Shown: positions 10,534 through 20,953, counted from the first letter of the stretch. The stretch: DNA of 64,000 nt from a virus (IMGVR_UViG_3300021373_002652:4332-68331); one strand, 5' to 3'. Made by a program: numbers and translations. The notes: generated by a model from the letters alone, not told the origin.

Positions 10534-12756
10534 TTATAAATAGTTTCTACCTCTAAATGGATTCGAAATAGGGCCACCAATATTATCATCTCCATCCATT
10601 CTAAAAGTGTTAGGAATATTATTAAGTTCACTTAGTATTTCTTCTACTATTCGAGAACCTCCGCCTCCTCCTCGTGAACCTCCTCCGCTTGTTATTGCTA
10701 TCGGCTTAATTGGTTCATCTACAATAGGCTCTGGTATTGGATATACACAAGAACCAATAGCTCTATAATTTGTAGCCTTAGGGTCATTACACCTTGGTTT
10801 TGGTGGTGGAGGTGGTGGTGGTGGGTCAATAGGGTCTTTTGGTCTATATTTACAACTTCCAATAGATTGATAATTAATCGCCTTAGGGTCATTACACCTC
10901 TGAGGTGGTGGAGGTGCGGATATAGTTCTTGGATAAGTACCTCCACATCCACCAACTGCGTTTATTGATAATCCAGGTACAGGAACTATTGAATCCTCAA
11001 TAGCACATAGTATAAGTGAAGCTCCTGGTTGTATTTGTGAACTTGTTTTTGTTTGTTCAAGTTTATTCTTATAAGTAAAAGATAAAGCTTGACCTGTAAA
11101 AATTTCTTCTGGACCATCTACATCTACAAGAGGTCTACCTTTTCTATAATCTCTACCTCGAGCTCTTCTCTCATCGAAAAAATCCATTTCATTTCTGATA
11201 ACTCTTGGTTTAGGAAATTTAACTCTTGTTTTTGTTGAGTTATTTACAATCTTGTATTCTACCATTCGTGGAGGTGATTTTATAATTTTTGGAACTTCCC
11301 TAACATCTCCTACGAACTTTGGTGCAACAGTATCTCTATATGTTATTTTATGTGCATCAAATTCTACACCTCGTGTTTCAACCGATTCATTATTTCTATC
11401 TTTATATTTGATGGCTCCAGTATCCGACCAAATGTAATACAATTTTGTAATTAATTTGTATTCTGGTTCCGGGTCTGGTATTGGTGGAGTATTATCAATT
11501 ACCTCTGTATCTATTTCTACATCAGTTGTTTCTACGGTAGCACCTCCTCCTAAATCTGCAAAATCTTCTACCTTTTCTTGATACTTACAACTCCCATCAT
11601 CTTTATTTGCATATTTATTAAAGTTTACAGCAGACTTATCAGTACAACCTAATACAACTGCTGCTTCAACTTCAACTTCTTTATATCTACAACTACCATC
11701 ATTTTCTTTTGCCCTTGGGTTGTAATTTAGTGCTTCTTTATCAGTACATCCTCTAACAACACCACCTATTTCACCAGGTACGGTAGATTCAAACCTCTGA
11801 TTTGCTTTTATTGTTTTAAGAATTCTTTTTACTTTATCAAAAGTAACTTGTTCATCTCTTGTTAATTCAACACTATTTTGAATTCTTCTCTTTGGTAAAT
11901 GATATTCAATTGAGTTTCTAAGAGCTTGTTCTGCAACTGATTTTATAAATTTTACTGTTAGTTCAAGTTTATCTAATTCACTTTTTGGTTTACCATATTT
12001 ATTTGATGTGATGTTCCATTCACTACCTTCAATAAAATAGTTCATGGATTCTATATACCTATCTTTAATATCGTTTAATAACTTATCAAAAGAACCAACT
12101 TTAAATTCTTTTTGAATTAGTCTCTGATATCTTCTACCATCTTTAATTCTTCCTTTACTTCTTATAAAAGAATCAACTACACTTAATATATCAATTCCTT
12201 CTATAAAGTTTCTTACATAGTAAATTGTATCATCTCTAAAGTTTCCATTTTCAACAAATAGATTATATCTTTTAACTAAATCCTTATTGGGTCTTACTGT
12301 ATTCTTAAGAGGAACAACTCGTATTTCGGTTCTTGATGGAGAAATTTCGTGTATCCACAATTTATCTTCAGAAGATTCTTCTGAACCAACTCTTCTGTTT
12401 AGTAATGTAACTTGTGTTTTAAATATACCATTTGAGTATCCAGCTTCTTTTATTAACTTTTCTAAATCAATAATAAACTCAGATGAATCATTAAATTTTT
12501 TAGTTTCTTCACTACTTGTAATTAAAAAGTACTCATTTATATTTTTATCATTAATATGAATATATCGTACAAGTTTAGCATCTTCACCTTGAGGCAGCTG
12601 GTTATCGTTTGAATCATATAGTATGAATTCAATCATATCAGAATACCCCATACCAAAGTTAGATTTTCTAATTTCCTTTTCGAAAATTTTTCTATCTTCT
12701 TTGTTTACAAGATATCCCTTTCTTTCAACTATTTCTTTAAATGTTTCTAACGCCAT
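10534..12756 (-). CDS. Virion protein with Cys-bracketed GCTD-type repeats and poly-Pro tracts
   Basis: IHEISPSRTEIR motif; GCTDKEALNYNPRAKENDGSC, GCTDKSAVNFNKYANKDDGSC, 2x RCNDPKA.NY..IGSC. Confidence 0.7.
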   Translation of the reverse strand: MALETFKEIVERKGYLVNKEDRKIFEKEIRKSNFGMGYSDMIEFILYDSNDNQLPQGEDAKLVRYIHINDKNINEYFLITSSEETKKFNDSSEFIIDLEKLIKEAGYSNGIFKTQVTLLNRRVGSEESSEDKLWIHEISPSRTEIRVVPLKNTVRPNKDLVKRYNLFVENGNFRDDTIYYVRNFIEGIDILSVVDSFIRSKGRIKDGRRYQRLIQKEFKVGSFDKLLNDIKDRYIESMNYFIEGSEWNITSNKYGKPKSELDKLELTVKFIKSVAEQALRNSIEYHLPKRRIQNSVELTRDEQVTFDKVKRILKTIKANQRFESTVPGEIGGVVRGCTDKEALNYNPRAKENDGSCRYKEVEVEAAVVLGCTDKSAVNFNKYANKDDGSCKYQEKVEDFADLGGGATVETTDVEIDTEVIDNTPPIPDPEPEYKLITKLYYIWSDTGAIKYKDRNNESVETRGVEFDAHKITYRDTVAPKFVGDVREVPKIIKSPPRMVEYKIVNNSTKTRVKFPKPRVIRNEMDFFDERRARGRDYRKGRPLVDVDGPEEIFTGQALSFTYKNKLEQTKTSSQIQPGASLILCAIEDSIVPVPGLSINAVGGCGGTYPRTISAPPPPQRCNDPKAINYQSIGSCKYRPKDPIDPPPPPPPPKPRCNDPKATNYRAIGSCVYPIPEPIVDEPIKPIAITSGGGSRGGGGGSRIVEEILSELNNIPNTFRMDGDDNIGGPISNPFRGRNYL
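10742..10899 (-). repeat. Intragenic tandem duplication (RCNDPKA.NY..IGSC.Y x2, each preceded by poly-Pro)
   Basis: ccttagggtcattacacct occurs at about 10777 and 10881. Confidence 0.8.
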
Positions 12757-12762
12757 AATCTA

Positions 12763-14052
12763 TTAGGTTTTTCTTCTTCTTCTTGCTTGCCAGTAACGAG
12801 TTTTCATTTTAAATTTCTCATTTGTAGTTTGGTTTGTCCAAATTATTTCTGTTTCATAAGTTCCCTTACCAATACCACCTCTACTGAAAGTAACTGATTT
12901 CATACCAGGTGTTGAACCACCATCAGGACTTGCTGGAATAGTAAGTGAGGTTGGAACACCATTTAACCACTTTTTATTTTTAATAACAGTTTCATTAACC
13001 TTAAGTGTAATTGGTTCAGGCCCCATATTATACCAATCATATTTAAGACCAGATAATCTACCCTTCGGTCCTTTTCTTCTATCATCCCATCGAGCTGCCC
13101 ATTCTGGTTTTCTATTTTTACTTGATGGATGGAGTGCCCAACCAACAGTACCCTTAACTTGGAATTGTCCTTTATCTTCAACTATCCCTAACAAACTTGT
13201 TTGTTTAGCCGCTTCAACTTCTTTTTCTTTTGATTCAACAACTTGTTCTGTAACCGTTGCTTGTATTTCTGCTTGTTGTTGTAAAGATTTTACAATATCT
13301 TGTTGTGCGGTCAATTGTGCTTGTAAGGTTGTAACTTGAGCTTGTAAACCTTCTACTTGTGCAGATAAAGAAGCTCTTTCAATACCTTCCTTAGTACCTT
13401 TTATTAATGCGGATTGAAAGTCTGCCAATAGTTCATTATACTTACTATTTAATTCTTCTTGAGATAAATTTAATTGTTCTACCTCACCTTCTTTAGAAGT
13501 TACTGTTCCCGTTAATGTTTGAATCTCTCCTTCAAGACCACTTATTGATGAACGTATTTGTGAATTATCAGATTGTAATGACTTTATCTGTTGTTGAGAA
13601 CCTGTAAATTGTGCAAGTAGTTTATTGTATCTTGGTAATGGTACAAACTTACCTTTTGTTTGTTTTTTTGGTTTTATTAATTCATCAACCTTAATATCAA
13701 TTGCCTTCTGCAATTCATTTTCATCATAGATAGGTCTTTCTATTCTACCAGATGTTTCCCCACCAAATGAACTTCTATCAGGATGAAAATCATTTATTGG
13801 AGGTAATTTATCAACAAAATCTGCTTTAAATCTTTTTGTAGTATCATCAAATCCTTTGATTGGTTTTTTTCCAAATGGAATTGGTCTCATTGGTTTTTGT
13901 ACAAATCTACCCCTTCCATCCAAGAAATATCCATGTGGAACTTGTTTACCATCTTTTTTTCGCACACGAATACCACCTCGTTTATCACGAGGAATAGCGT
14001 TTGAACCTTTCTTTACCAGCTCATCTATTCTAAACCTATCTTTAAGTCCCAT
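12763..14052 (-). CDS. Coiled-coil virion protein
   Basis: Long heptad-rich central region; located in tail module. Confidence 0.55.
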   Translation of the reverse strand: MGLKDRFRIDELVKKGSNAIPRDKRGGIRVRKKDGKQVPHGYFLDGRGRFVQKPMRPIPFGKKPIKGFDDTTKRFKADFVDKLPPINDFHPDRSSFGGETSGRIERPIYDENELQKAIDIKVDELIKPKKQTKGKFVPLPRYNKLLAQFTGSQQQIKSLQSDNSQIRSSISGLEGEIQTLTGTVTSKEGEVEQLNLSQEELNSKYNELLADFQSALIKGTKEGIERASLSAQVEGLQAQVTTLQAQLTAQQDIVKSLQQQAEIQATVTEQVVESKEKEVEAAKQTSLLGIVEDKGQFQVKGTVGWALHPSSKNRKPEWAARWDDRRKGPKGRLSGLKYDWYNMGPEPITLKVNETVIKNKKWLNGVPTSLTIPASPDGGSTPGMKSVTFSRGGIGKGTYETEIIWTNQTTNEKFKMKTRYWQARRRRKT

Positions 14053-14053
14053 G

Positions 14054-15121
14054 TTACTTTTCTACCGTAAATGTTAAATCTTTTTCAGTAAAATAATCTA
14101 TTTCACCACTTCTATCTACTTTGATTTCAAAGTAATAATCTCTATTTATTTCAAAATTACTTAAATCTATTTTAAAGAAATTACCATTTGAATCACAACT
14201 TACTTTTGTATAGTTATCATTAAAGGGTACAATTACTTCTTCTGTAATAGCATCTTTAACTTGATAGTAAGTTGTTGATGGTAAATACTTTACATCATTG
14301 TAGGCATATGTGTTTGAATAAGATTTTAAAGGATATCTTTCTCTACCGAATACTCGTATAGTTGGTTTACTTCCTCTTTTGTATCTTACTTTTAATCTTT
14401 TAAATGTTACATGGATATCATCTGCGGTTAGTTCAGTTAGTGAACCTGTCGAGAACGATGAATCATCCCAACCTATTCTAAGTTTTGGTTGGTATATTGT
14501 AGAAGTTTCTTTTCCAAAGAATTTTAATTGACCATAATCAACTGTATCTGATTCTTTTGAATTAGAATGTTTGATTATAAAACCTTCATTTGGAAGTGTA
14601 CCACTAATCCATGTATTGAGTGATTCTAATACATTCATTTCAATATCTTCAGTTTGATATGAGAATGATTGTGAACCTGCTGAACCTGTGTACCATGTTC
14701 CTCCCTTACCATTGAATGAACCAGTTGTTCCTGCTAAATAAGAACCATCACCCAACCAACTATCAGATTGAGCTCCTCTATTTTCCCAACTAACACCATC
14801 TGTTGTGATGTTATCAAAACGAGTACCTATTCCCATATCCCAAGATTGAGAAATAGGATATGCATAGATTGTATAATCTAATGGAATCTCAATAGCATCA
14901 CACTCTTTTAATAATAGGTGAGCAGAACTCATTGTTACTTCACCACTTGCTATAGATTGTGATAATGGGGTAGTGTTAAACTTGATAAGAGAACGAGCAG
15001 TATCTTTTAAGTTTCCATAATATGTTTTAGATACTTCTAATATTTCATCTAAACCTGTATTTTGAGTAGGTTGTTGTAAAAATATTGTTGAGTCTTTTGA
15101 TGATGTTACGAAATGATACAT
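14054..15121 (-). CDS. Baseplate-associated protein (DNRLRE-like beta-sandwich)
   Basis: KDSTI..NTGLDEILEV..RSLIKF, NEGFIIK, YQPKLRIGWDD; adjacent to the gp6-like gene. Confidence 0.6.
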   Translation of the reverse strand: MYHFVTSSKDSTIFLQQPTQNTGLDEILEVSKTYYGNLKDTARSLIKFNTTPLSQSIASGEVTMSSAHLLLKECDAIEIPLDYTIYAYPISQSWDMGIGTRFDNITTDGVSWENRGAQSDSWLGDGSYLAGTTGSFNGKGGTWYTGSAGSQSFSYQTEDIEMNVLESLNTWISGTLPNEGFIIKHSNSKESDTVDYGQLKFFGKETSTIYQPKLRIGWDDSSFSTGSLTELTADDIHVTFKRLKVRYKRGSKPTIRVFGRERYPLKSYSNTYAYNDVKYLPSTTYYQVKDAITEEVIVPFNDNYTKVSCDSNGNFFKIDLSNFEINRDYYFEIKVDRSGEIDYFTEKDLTFTVEK

Positions 15122-17133
15122 TATACTACCCTCCCTTTTAAATCCTTATTAGGAAATTTAACCTCGAATACTGAAGGGTCTACTGATGGATATACCATCT
15201 TACCTTTAGTTGCCGCTTTAATATCATAAGAGTGTTCTGAGTAGTTTCCTAAACACTTGTTGAATACTTCACATTTTGGTACTGATTGAACTCCCTCAAC
15301 ACCTGCAATTAAGATTTCAACTTCTGAAATATTAATAGGCATATTAAACGTCCAATTATCTATATCGAAATATTCTTTTAATTCTGTTATACATTTTGTG
15401 AGAACTTCTCTTTTATTGTATCCACCATAAACTCTGATTTCAAAATCTAAACCAATGTTAATAACAAACCCATCAATAATATTAATACCATCTGTTAACA
15501 TTCTATATTCACCAATATAAGTTTTTAAATTCTCCTTTACCGCTCTATTAAGAATACTTAAGTTCTTGTTTGAATTATATCCAAGAATATATAAATTTAT
15601 GGCAAAAGGATTATTAACCTCATTAGTTGTTCCCTTTTTAGTTTTTAAAAGCTTACGAACCTCATCTCTCATTTCCTGGTCAGATAGGTCTTTACCCTTC
15701 ATATCATTAATCAACCCAACAAACTCATCAAGTGATTCTGTATCTTTTAAAAGTGAAGCAGGTGAGTTATTATCTAATTGACCATCTGGTGAGCAAAATG
15801 CTTTTGCAATACCACCATACTTTGGTGGAAGAGAAAGAGCTCTCACTTGATAATCTTTACGAGTTACCGCTCTGTTTTGTGAACCAAAGTTTGCAAGTGC
15901 GTTTTCTCTGATTTCATCAATCGTTTCTTCACCTCTACCACCAGTTGCAGGTATTTCATTATCAACCGCTACTGATGATTTCATTTTGTTATAAAGAGTT
16001 GTTTCGTTTTGTGCAAAAGTTTTGGTATCATCATCAAACTCAATTCTTTTAATTGAAGTTAATTCACCCTTACCAACATTTGATTCAACACCACCACCTA
16101 CTAAGTAAGATACACTCATAGTTGTATTAGATGGGGCCTGTCCATATGATGTAGTTTTCAAAAAGTTAGCGGGGTCATACGCTGAACTCATTTTATCAAT
16201 AGAAGAGTTTAACCCCAATCCTACATTTTTTAAGTTTGGAACTAATTGTTCATCATTGGTTGTATTACCACCACCAAATACAATGCTAGTACTATTATCT
16301 TGATTTATCTTTTTAACAAATCTTTTTGAAGTTTTTAATACTCTAAGTACATTAGATACAGAATCTTTAAATTGTGCTAAATCTTTATCAGTTTGTTCTG
16401 ATACAGGATAATCAACATAAACCATTTCTTGAGCAAGATATGGAACTTCATACCACTTACCACCATTACTATCCCTAACATCATAGATATCAATTACATT
16501 TTTATCTGCAATATTAATTGATGAAAATTGTTCTGGTGAACCAAAATCAACATTTACAGTTTTAAGTTCTCCTGATACTGCTTTAACATATTTTTTTATA
16601 AGATACTGAGTTGGTTCTCCACCATTATCAGTATAGACCGTTATCTCTCTATCTGTTGCATCATTAAAATCAACGAGTTCTGTTGTTCTAAATCTTACAC
16701 TTGTTTTGGATGATTCCACAACCATACCTTGTTTAATTCTAAGGTAGTAATCAGAATCAGGTCTGTTATCTTCTCCACTACCCACTGCAGGTGCAAGTTG
16801 GTAAACGGATAGTTGTACAATAGCAGGTGCAGTAACTTTTGGTTTATATCCAAGATAGTTAGCTAATGCTATTACATTTTGTTTATCTTCCGCATATAAC
16901 ATTAATGATTCTTTTAATGAATCATCTGTATAGTAAGATAATATATCCCCAAGATAAGATGCCATTTCAATAAACATCATACCAGGTGATGATTCATTAA
17001 AATCAGAATACGTTTTAGGGAAATAGGTTTTAGAGTACTCTACTAAGTTTTTTCTAAAGGAGGCAAAATCTTTACTAAGATACTTTATATCTCTTCCTTG
17101 ATTACTTTTAAAATTTGCTGAATTTAATGCCAT
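15121..17133 (-). CDS. Baseplate wedge subunit (T4 gp6 / gpJ-like)
   Basis: DFNESSPGMMFIEMASY, LGYKPK, ATGGRGEETIDEIR, QNRAVTRKDY. Confidence 0.9.
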   Translation of the reverse strand: MALNSANFKSNQGRDIKYLSKDFASFRKNLVEYSKTYFPKTYSDFNESSPGMMFIEMASYLGDILSYYTDDSLKESLMLYAEDKQNVIALANYLGYKPKVTAPAIVQLSVYQLAPAVGSGEDNRPDSDYYLRIKQGMVVESSKTSVRFRTTELVDFNDATDREITVYTDNGGEPTQYLIKKYVKAVSGELKTVNVDFGSPEQFSSINIADKNVIDIYDVRDSNGGKWYEVPYLAQEMVYVDYPVSEQTDKDLAQFKDSVSNVLRVLKTSKRFVKKINQDNSTSIVFGGGNTTNDEQLVPNLKNVGLGLNSSIDKMSSAYDPANFLKTTSYGQAPSNTTMSVSYLVGGGVESNVGKGELTSIKRIEFDDDTKTFAQNETTLYNKMKSSVAVDNEIPATGGRGEETIDEIRENALANFGSQNRAVTRKDYQVRALSLPPKYGGIAKAFCSPDGQLDNNSPASLLKDTESLDEFVGLINDMKGKDLSDQEMRDEVRKLLKTKKGTTNEVNNPFAINLYILGYNSNKNLSILNRAVKENLKTYIGEYRMLTDGINIIDGFVINIGLDFEIRVYGGYNKREVLTKCITELKEYFDIDNWTFNMPINISEVEILIAGVEGVQSVPKCEVFNKCLGNYSEHSYDIKAATKGKMVYPSVDPSVFEVKFPNKDLKGRVV

Positions 17134-17137
17134 AATA

Positions 17138-17572
17138 TTATTCCTGTACTACCAATGTTATTTCTTGTAAATCAATTTCATTACCAACTGTAAATTTTAA
17201 ATCCAAGTTTACTTGGTTTTTATCTCTTAACTCATTGGTCATTTCTACATTAATTTCTTCTATATTAATATAAGGTAACCAAAACTCTACAGCAGTGATA
17301 ATCGTTTGTTGTATTTTATCTTCAAACTGTTCATCATCCATTTGTTCAAATAGTAATGACCTTAATCCAGAACCGAAGTTTGGCTGCATTATTCTTTCAC
17401 CCTTTGCTGTAAGTAATAAATTTCTTAAATTACTTTTTGCTTGTTCGATTGATGTAAATGCTTGTGCAAAAAATCCTCTACCATCATTTTGTATTGGTAG
17501 TGTGATTCCATATGCATAAGAATCAAATTCTTTAGAATCCTTAAGTGTTTTTCTGCCAAGTATATACGCCAT
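17138..17572 (-). CDS. Baseplate wedge gp25/gpW-like protein
   Basis: NLRNLLLTAKGERIMQPNFGSGLRSLLFE. Confidence 0.9.
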   Translation of the reverse strand: MAYILGRKTLKDSKEFDSYAYGITLPIQNDGRGFFAQAFTSIEQAKSNLRNLLLTAKGERIMQPNFGSGLRSLLFEQMDDEQFEDKIQQTIITAVEFWLPYINIEEINVEMTNELRDKNQVNLDLKFTVGNEIDLQEITLVVQE

Positions 17573-17593
17573 TAATTACTCTCCCAAGTAAAT

Positions 17594-18181
17594 TTATTTT
17601 TTAAACTTTTTTACAAGTTCTGAATTATCTCTATTTAATATTCTATCTAAACCAGGTAAACCAGTTTGAACACCCAATCCTTGTTTATTAGGACCTCTTC
17701 TTACATCTCCATAACCCATTTTTTGTGCCATCTGAGCTCTCATCATATCAGTACCACCTTGTGCACCTTGAGAGTTAAATGTTACAGTTTTATCCATACT
17801 TTCATTTACAGGTTGTTGAAAATTATCCAATACTGATTTAGTAGTTGGTGTACCTTTTCTTTGTTCTGCTGAAAATGGTTTTGTATTATTTAATACTTCA
17901 TTTAAAACAGAGTTTTTAGTGAATTTTTTTTTTGGTGTTTGTCTTTGTTCCTGTAATGCAAGTTCTGCTTGTTCAAATGGGTCTACCTCATTCACTAATT
18001 CAGGAACTTGCGTAGAGGGAACGCTGACTACACCTCCCTTCACCTCTGCTAATCGTTTCTTAACTTCTTCTTCCAATATCTTTGGAAAAGTTTTAGATAA
18101 AAAACGTTCTTGTTGTTTAGCGGTTTCCACTTCAACAAGAGTTTTAATTACTTTAATTAATTGTTTATTATTCATTTTCAA
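17594..18181 (-). CDS. Hypothetical late protein
   Basis: 195-aa ORF; TATTTATA at 18197-18204. Confidence 0.6.
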   Translation of the reverse strand: MKMNNKQLIKVIKTLVEVETAKQQERFLSKTFPKILEEEVKKRLAEVKGGVVSVPSTQVPELVNEVDPFEQAELALQEQRQTPKKKFTKNSVLNEVLNNTKPFSAEQRKGTPTTKSVLDNFQQPVNESMDKTVTFNSQGAQGGTDMMRAQMAQKMGYGDVRRGPNKQGLGVQTGLPGLDRILNRDNSELVKKFKK

Positions 18182-18196
18182 TTGTGTTTATCTTAA

Positions 18197-18204
18197 TATA
18201 AATA
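18197..18204 (-). promoter_or_regulatory. Putative late promoter TATTTATA
   Basis: 16 nt upstream of the gene starting at 18181. Confidence 0.5.
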
Positions 18205-18218
18205 TATCTTCTTTCATT

Positions 18219-18779
18219 TTATGGTACTGTGTAACCAGGGGATATCAAAACTCCAGGTGCTACTGGTGGTGGAGCTCCCGGATATATAGATACTGTATTA
18301 TACATATGTGTTGTTGTTGGTAGGTGAGATTGCATTGAACCTGCCAATCTATTCAAGAAATTCATACTATCATCTATTGGATTTAATGGGCCCATTGGTG
18401 TCCATGAACCAGGACTCAAACAAACGGCGGCGGTTGTAGTTATGTTTGATACCGCACCAGTAGCAGGTATTACTGGTGGAATTCCAACAACTAAAGTTGC
18501 ACCTGTCCAATAAACAATCACAGCTTTACCAATATCATCACCAAAGGTATGTAATCCTCCTGTTTTGGAAATAGCAATTGTACAAGCTGTATTAACCATA
18601 GCTTCCATACCTGCAGTGTTTCCAACCGCTATAGGAATAGAATTCACTGTTTGGAATCCTCTTTTAATACACATATCATACTCTTGAGTAATCTTTTTTG
18701 CGAAATCAGCGTATGCACCAATACCATCTTGATTGGTCATGTAATTATTCATTTGTTGTTTAAATGTAGTGAAAGACAT
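18219..18779 (-). CDS. Baseplate/spike-associated hypothetical protein
   Basis: Pro/Gly-rich; immediately downstream of the hub/spike gene. Confidence 0.5.
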   Translation of the reverse strand: MSFTTFKQQMNNYMTNQDGIGAYADFAKKITQEYDMCIKRGFQTVNSIPIAVGNTAGMEAMVNTACTIAISKTGGLHTFGDDIGKAVIVYWTGATLVVGIPPVIPATGAVSNITTTAAVCLSPGSWTPMGPLNPIDDSMNFLNRLAGSMQSHLPTTTHMYNTVSIYPGAPPPVAPGVLISPGYTVP

Positions 18780-18783
18780 CTTC

Positions 18784-20022
18784 TTACTCCGTATAATTTA
18801 AAGTAGATAAGAAAGTGTTTAGTCTTGATTTAATATCACTAAAGGTTGGTGCATTTGTTGGACCAGGTGATGTAGGGCCACATGGTGTTTGAAATATTTG
18901 TACATTTATAGCATCAATCAATTCTTCAAGTAATCCAAGAAGTGTTTCACCTCTTACTAAAGGTTCATCTTCAACACCATCAACATTTAAAAATATTTTC
19001 CCACTTCCACCCAAGAAAAACATATCATTATCATTTGTTGTAGTTCTATACTCTCCATTTAAATCAATGAAGGCCCCATCGTTACCATTATCAATTGTAA
19101 GTTTACTATCACATAATAGTGAAATATCTCCCTTAGAAAAGAAAATCATTTCAGAATCTTTTGATGATAATATAATTCTACCACTATTAACAAGAATCTG
19201 GTCTGTTCCTTTTAATTCATCTGGTGGTGTGTGATATACAGGTTCAGTTTCAAAAGGAACATCTTCTGTACCAGGACTGAATCCTAATAAATAATCTCCA
19301 CTTGTAATTGCAATTGTTGAACCATCTTCTATTACATTTTCTTCAGTTATTTCATATTCTTTTAAATCTTCAATAGATTTATCGTTTTGTCTATTACGAA
19401 TCAGAATAGTTGGTGCTAAAACATTTTCTTCATTATTATATCCACTAAATCTAATTGATTGACCAAACCTCGATTGTAATAATTTATCACCTTCGTAGTA
19501 TTTTAAAGGATTTATCTGTGTTGGTTCAAAATATTCACCGAGTTTATTATTTCTATCACCATCCCCTCCTGAGTTTGGAGTTCCTGTTGATGATGTTTCT
19601 CCATAATCACCAGAAGCTCCATCCGAACTTTCTACTGGTAATCCTTTTAGTTGAGCATCTTCTACAGCATTTCCTTTGTTTATATCAATGTTGTGAATTC
19701 TTTTATAGTGTAAGTTTCCACCAACCTTTACCATTTCAACAACTTCACCAAGAAGAGGCAATCCTTCATCAATATTATATGGCGGATAATCTCCTAAATC
19801 ATCTAAATCATATGATGTATCCGCTCTTAAAACTATTTTTGCAAATCCAAGTTTAGAATCTTTATCAGATACATCAGAACTAATATCACTTGGGATTGCT
19901 ATAGTTTCGAATTCACTATCATCAACATGAACAAATACAACAGTACCTGTTACATTATCTTGTCCTGTGGATTGGTAGTTATTAAAAAACGATGCGTTAG
20001 ATGTAGATATTCTTCTTGCCAT
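18784..20022 (-). CDS. Baseplate hub/central spike (gp5/gpV-like)
   Basis: PLLGEVV OB-like segment, YEGDKLLQSRFGQSIRF, beta-helix-like region, PLVRGETL..TPCGPT C-terminus. Confidence 0.7.
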   Translation of the reverse strand: MARRISTSNASFFNNYQSTGQDNVTGTVVFVHVDDSEFETIAIPSDISSDVSDKDSKLGFAKIVLRADTSYDLDDLGDYPPYNIDEGLPLLGEVVEMVKVGGNLHYKRIHNIDINKGNAVEDAQLKGLPVESSDGASGDYGETSSTGTPNSGGDGDRNNKLGEYFEPTQINPLKYYEGDKLLQSRFGQSIRFSGYNNEENVLAPTILIRNRQNDKSIEDLKEYEITEENVIEDGSTIAITSGDYLLGFSPGTEDVPFETEPVYHTPPDELKGTDQILVNSGRIILSSKDSEMIFFSKGDISLLCDSKLTIDNGNDGAFIDLNGEYRTTTNDNDMFFLGGSGKIFLNVDGVEDEPLVRGETLLGLLEELIDAINVQIFQTPCGPTSPGPTNAPTFSDIKSRLNTFLSTLNYTE

Positions 20023-20432
20023 TACTCGTTAACTTTTTGTTTAAGTTCTTCTATTTCATTTGTAAGTTCATCAACCTTTGTATCGTGTTCATCTGCAACT
20101 TCGGCAATAGTTTCATCTAATTGTTTTAGAAGTTGTTCTTTTTCATCATCACTAAGGAATCCACTATCTCCTTCTGCTTTATGTTGTGCACCAATTATCC
20201 TTTGAGCAATTGCACTCATCTTAATTAATGATTCATCGTTTCGTATTGATGAATCAATTAAATCTTTTAATATTGGACCAATTACTGCCATATCTCCAGC
20301 ATGTCTAATTATTTTTCTCATCTCCGCAATTAGTTCTGAGATTCTCTTTTTCTTGTTCTGTTGATTATCGTAGATATCTTTGAACAAACCACTTAGGTTT
20401 TTGCCAGGAAATAATTCAAAATCTGTACTCAT
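20022..20432 (-). CDS. Hypothetical helical late protein
   Basis: 136-aa ORF coupled to the spike gene; TATTTATA at 20455-20462. Confidence 0.55.
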   Translation of the reverse strand: MSTDFELFPGKNLSGLFKDIYDNQQNKKKRISELIAEMRKIIRHAGDMAVIGPILKDLIDSSIRNDESLIKMSAIAQRIIGAQHKAEGDSGFLSDDEKEQLLKQLDETIAEVADEHDTKVDELTNEIEELKQKVNE

Positions 20433-20454
20433 GATTATACCATATTATGTTGTA

Positions 20455-20462
20455 TATAAATA
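20455..20462 (-). promoter_or_regulatory. Putative late promoter TATTTATA
   Basis: Directly after a terminator, before the baseplate operon. Confidence 0.6.
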
Positions 20463-20471
20463 TGGTAAAAT

Positions 20472-20499
20472 AAAAAACCCCCACTTTAAGTGAGGGTTT
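20472..20499 (-). terminator. Intrinsic terminator
   Basis: Minus strand AAACCCTCACT-TAA-AGTGGGGGTTTTTT. Confidence 0.75.
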
Positions 20500-20534
20500 G
20501 ATTTTTAACGCGTTATGGAATTAAAAAATATTTA

Positions 20535-20765
20535 CTACTTCTTAATTATATGGTAAAGCACAAAAGCACCAACCAGTCCTAATAGACCTTCAGCACTCAG
20601 ACTTCCTAAAATGCCCATAATATTATCAACTACTGATACTTCTGGCCAAAATGGGATATCTGCACCTTTGAATAATACTTCAAGTACAACTCCTAAGGCA
20701 ATGATACTAATACCGATTTTTGTAAGTTCGTCAGCCCAAGAGCCAATTTTTTTCAAAAATTCCAT
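20535..20765 (-). CDS. Small two-helix membrane protein (holin-like, unproven)
   Basis: Two hydrophobic segments, basic C-terminus, strong AAGGAG RBS, own terminator. Confidence 0.6.
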   Translation of the reverse strand: MEFLKKIGSWADELTKIGISIIALGVVLEVLFKGADIPFWPEVSVVDNIMGILGSLSAEGLLGLVGAFVLYHIIKK

Positions 20766-20923
20766 ATGTTTCTCCTTTTGTTTTAATTAATGTTAATAAC
20801 TTTTCCATCTTGCAAAACATTGGGATATCCACAAATAACTATGGTATATATGATAAAAAAATTTTGAATATATATTCAACCCTAAATTAAAGAGATGTAT
20901 TGGGTGTTTATATATGTATGTAC

Positions 20924-20953
20924 AAAAAAACCCAACCGAAATTCGTTGGGTTT
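20924..20953 (-). terminator. Intrinsic terminator
   Basis: Minus strand AAACCCAACGAATTTCGGTTGGGTTTTTTT. Confidence 0.8.

Noticed and set aside
20022-20432. Terminase small subunit
   Set aside because: Only size and helical character fit; no diagnostic motif and no large subunit nearby
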